DNA of 30,697 nucleotides. Source: a virus. The notes under the pieces were generated by a model, which was given only the letters and a program-made list of their open reading frames with translations, had not been told where the DNA came from and did not search any database. The position numbers were made by a program, and so were the translations under genes. Location: UHGV virus genome UHGV-1292713. One strand, 5' to 3'. Positions within the stretch are counted from its first letter, which is position 1. Each line of letters starts with the position of its first letter. Positions 30,253-30,697 of this stretch are shown here, piece by piece.

Positions 30253-30697
30253 TTGTCGGTATACCTCTCTCGTTTGCTCAGTTGTTCAGGAATATGGTGC
30301 AGCAGCTCGCCATCACCACAGTAAATGGCGGCATGATTCGGCACCGATGAACCAAAACAGCACAGCAGCACATCGCCCGGTTGTGCTGATGACAACGGCA
30401 CCTGATACAGCCCTGTGGCCTCCAGATTATCCAGATAGAGATTCTGACCGTGACGCCACCAGTCATCCTCGCGATGAAAATCCGGCATCTCAATCCCCGC
30501 CAGATGATAAGCATCCCGGAACAGCGTGTAACAGTCCGTCACCCCGTGCTCAAAGCGCCGCCCGGTGAGAGTGCGTCGCTGCCATTTGTCGGTATACCTC
30601 TCTCGTTTGCTCAGTTGTTCAGGAATATGGTGCAGCAGCTCGCCATCACCACAGTAAATGGCGGCATGATTCGGCACCGATGAACCAAAACAGCACA
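30150..30697 (-). CDS. K: Tail assembly protein K (NlpC/P60-type), 5' end beyond the window, carrying an internal in-frame repeat
   Basis: Translation matches lambda K C-terminal region as I recall it (LTGRRFEHGVTDCYTLFRDAYHLAG...NHAAIYCGDGELLHHIP...); overlaps the start of I; the frame remains open to the window edge. Confidence 0.7.
   Translation of the reverse strand, partial: CCFGSSVPNHAAIYCGDGELLHHIPEQLSKRERYTDKWQRRTLTGRRFEHGVTDCYTLFRDAYHLAGIEMPDFHREDDWWRHGQNLYLDNLEATGLYQVPLSSAQPGDVLLCCFGSSVPNHAAIYCGDGELLHHIPEQLSKRERYTDKWQRRTHSLWRHRAWRASAFTGICNDLAAASTFV
30571..30697. repeat. 127-bp perfect direct repeat of 30238..30364 (I start / K C-terminal region), period 333 bp
   Basis: Identical strings gtgcgtcgctgccatttgtcggtatacctctctcgtttgctcagttgttcaggaatatggtgcagcagctcgccatcaccacagtaaatggcggcatgattcggcaccgatgaaccaaaacagcaca at both positions; the second copy runs to the window end. 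Confidence 0.85.

Overview
This window reads as a nearly complete mosaic lambdoid temperate phage or prophage of an Escherichia/Shigella-type host. All identifications are from reading the sequence and ORF translations and from recollection of protein families; no database search was run. Minus strand, 1-9751: a Q-dependent cargo region (beta-class DNA methyltransferase, a 64-aa protein, an AT-rich 176-aa gene bracketed by terminators), then Q antiterminator, DUF968, antirepressor, RusA, LexA-like protein, Dam-like methyltransferase, PerC-like protein, an O-like replication initiator with embedded iterons, and a CII/YdaT-like plus Cro/YdaS-like pair. The immunity switch follows: TGTAC-N7-GTACA operators, a cI-like S24 repressor (plus strand), its terminator and a near-consensus PL-like promoter. 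A convergent AT-rich gene for a coiled-coil/zinc-ribbon protein sits at the locus where lambda carries rexAB; I rate it the best candidate for an undescribed lysogen-expressed exclusion or defence function. Rightward come a structured ~200-nt leader with no N gene, a yfdPQRST-like module with an HD-domain hydrolase in place of exo/bet/gam, xis, a tyrosine integrase, and an att core made of the 3' 45 nt of tRNA-Arg(UCU). Beyond att lie cargo genes (ompT, a secreted alpha/beta hydrolase, a SAM methyltransferase, a serine invertase, a tail-fibre-assembly remnant) and lambda-like tail genes tfa, stf, lom, J, I and a truncated K carrying a 127-bp perfect direct repeat. No CRISPR array or intact tRNA/rRNA gene was seen.
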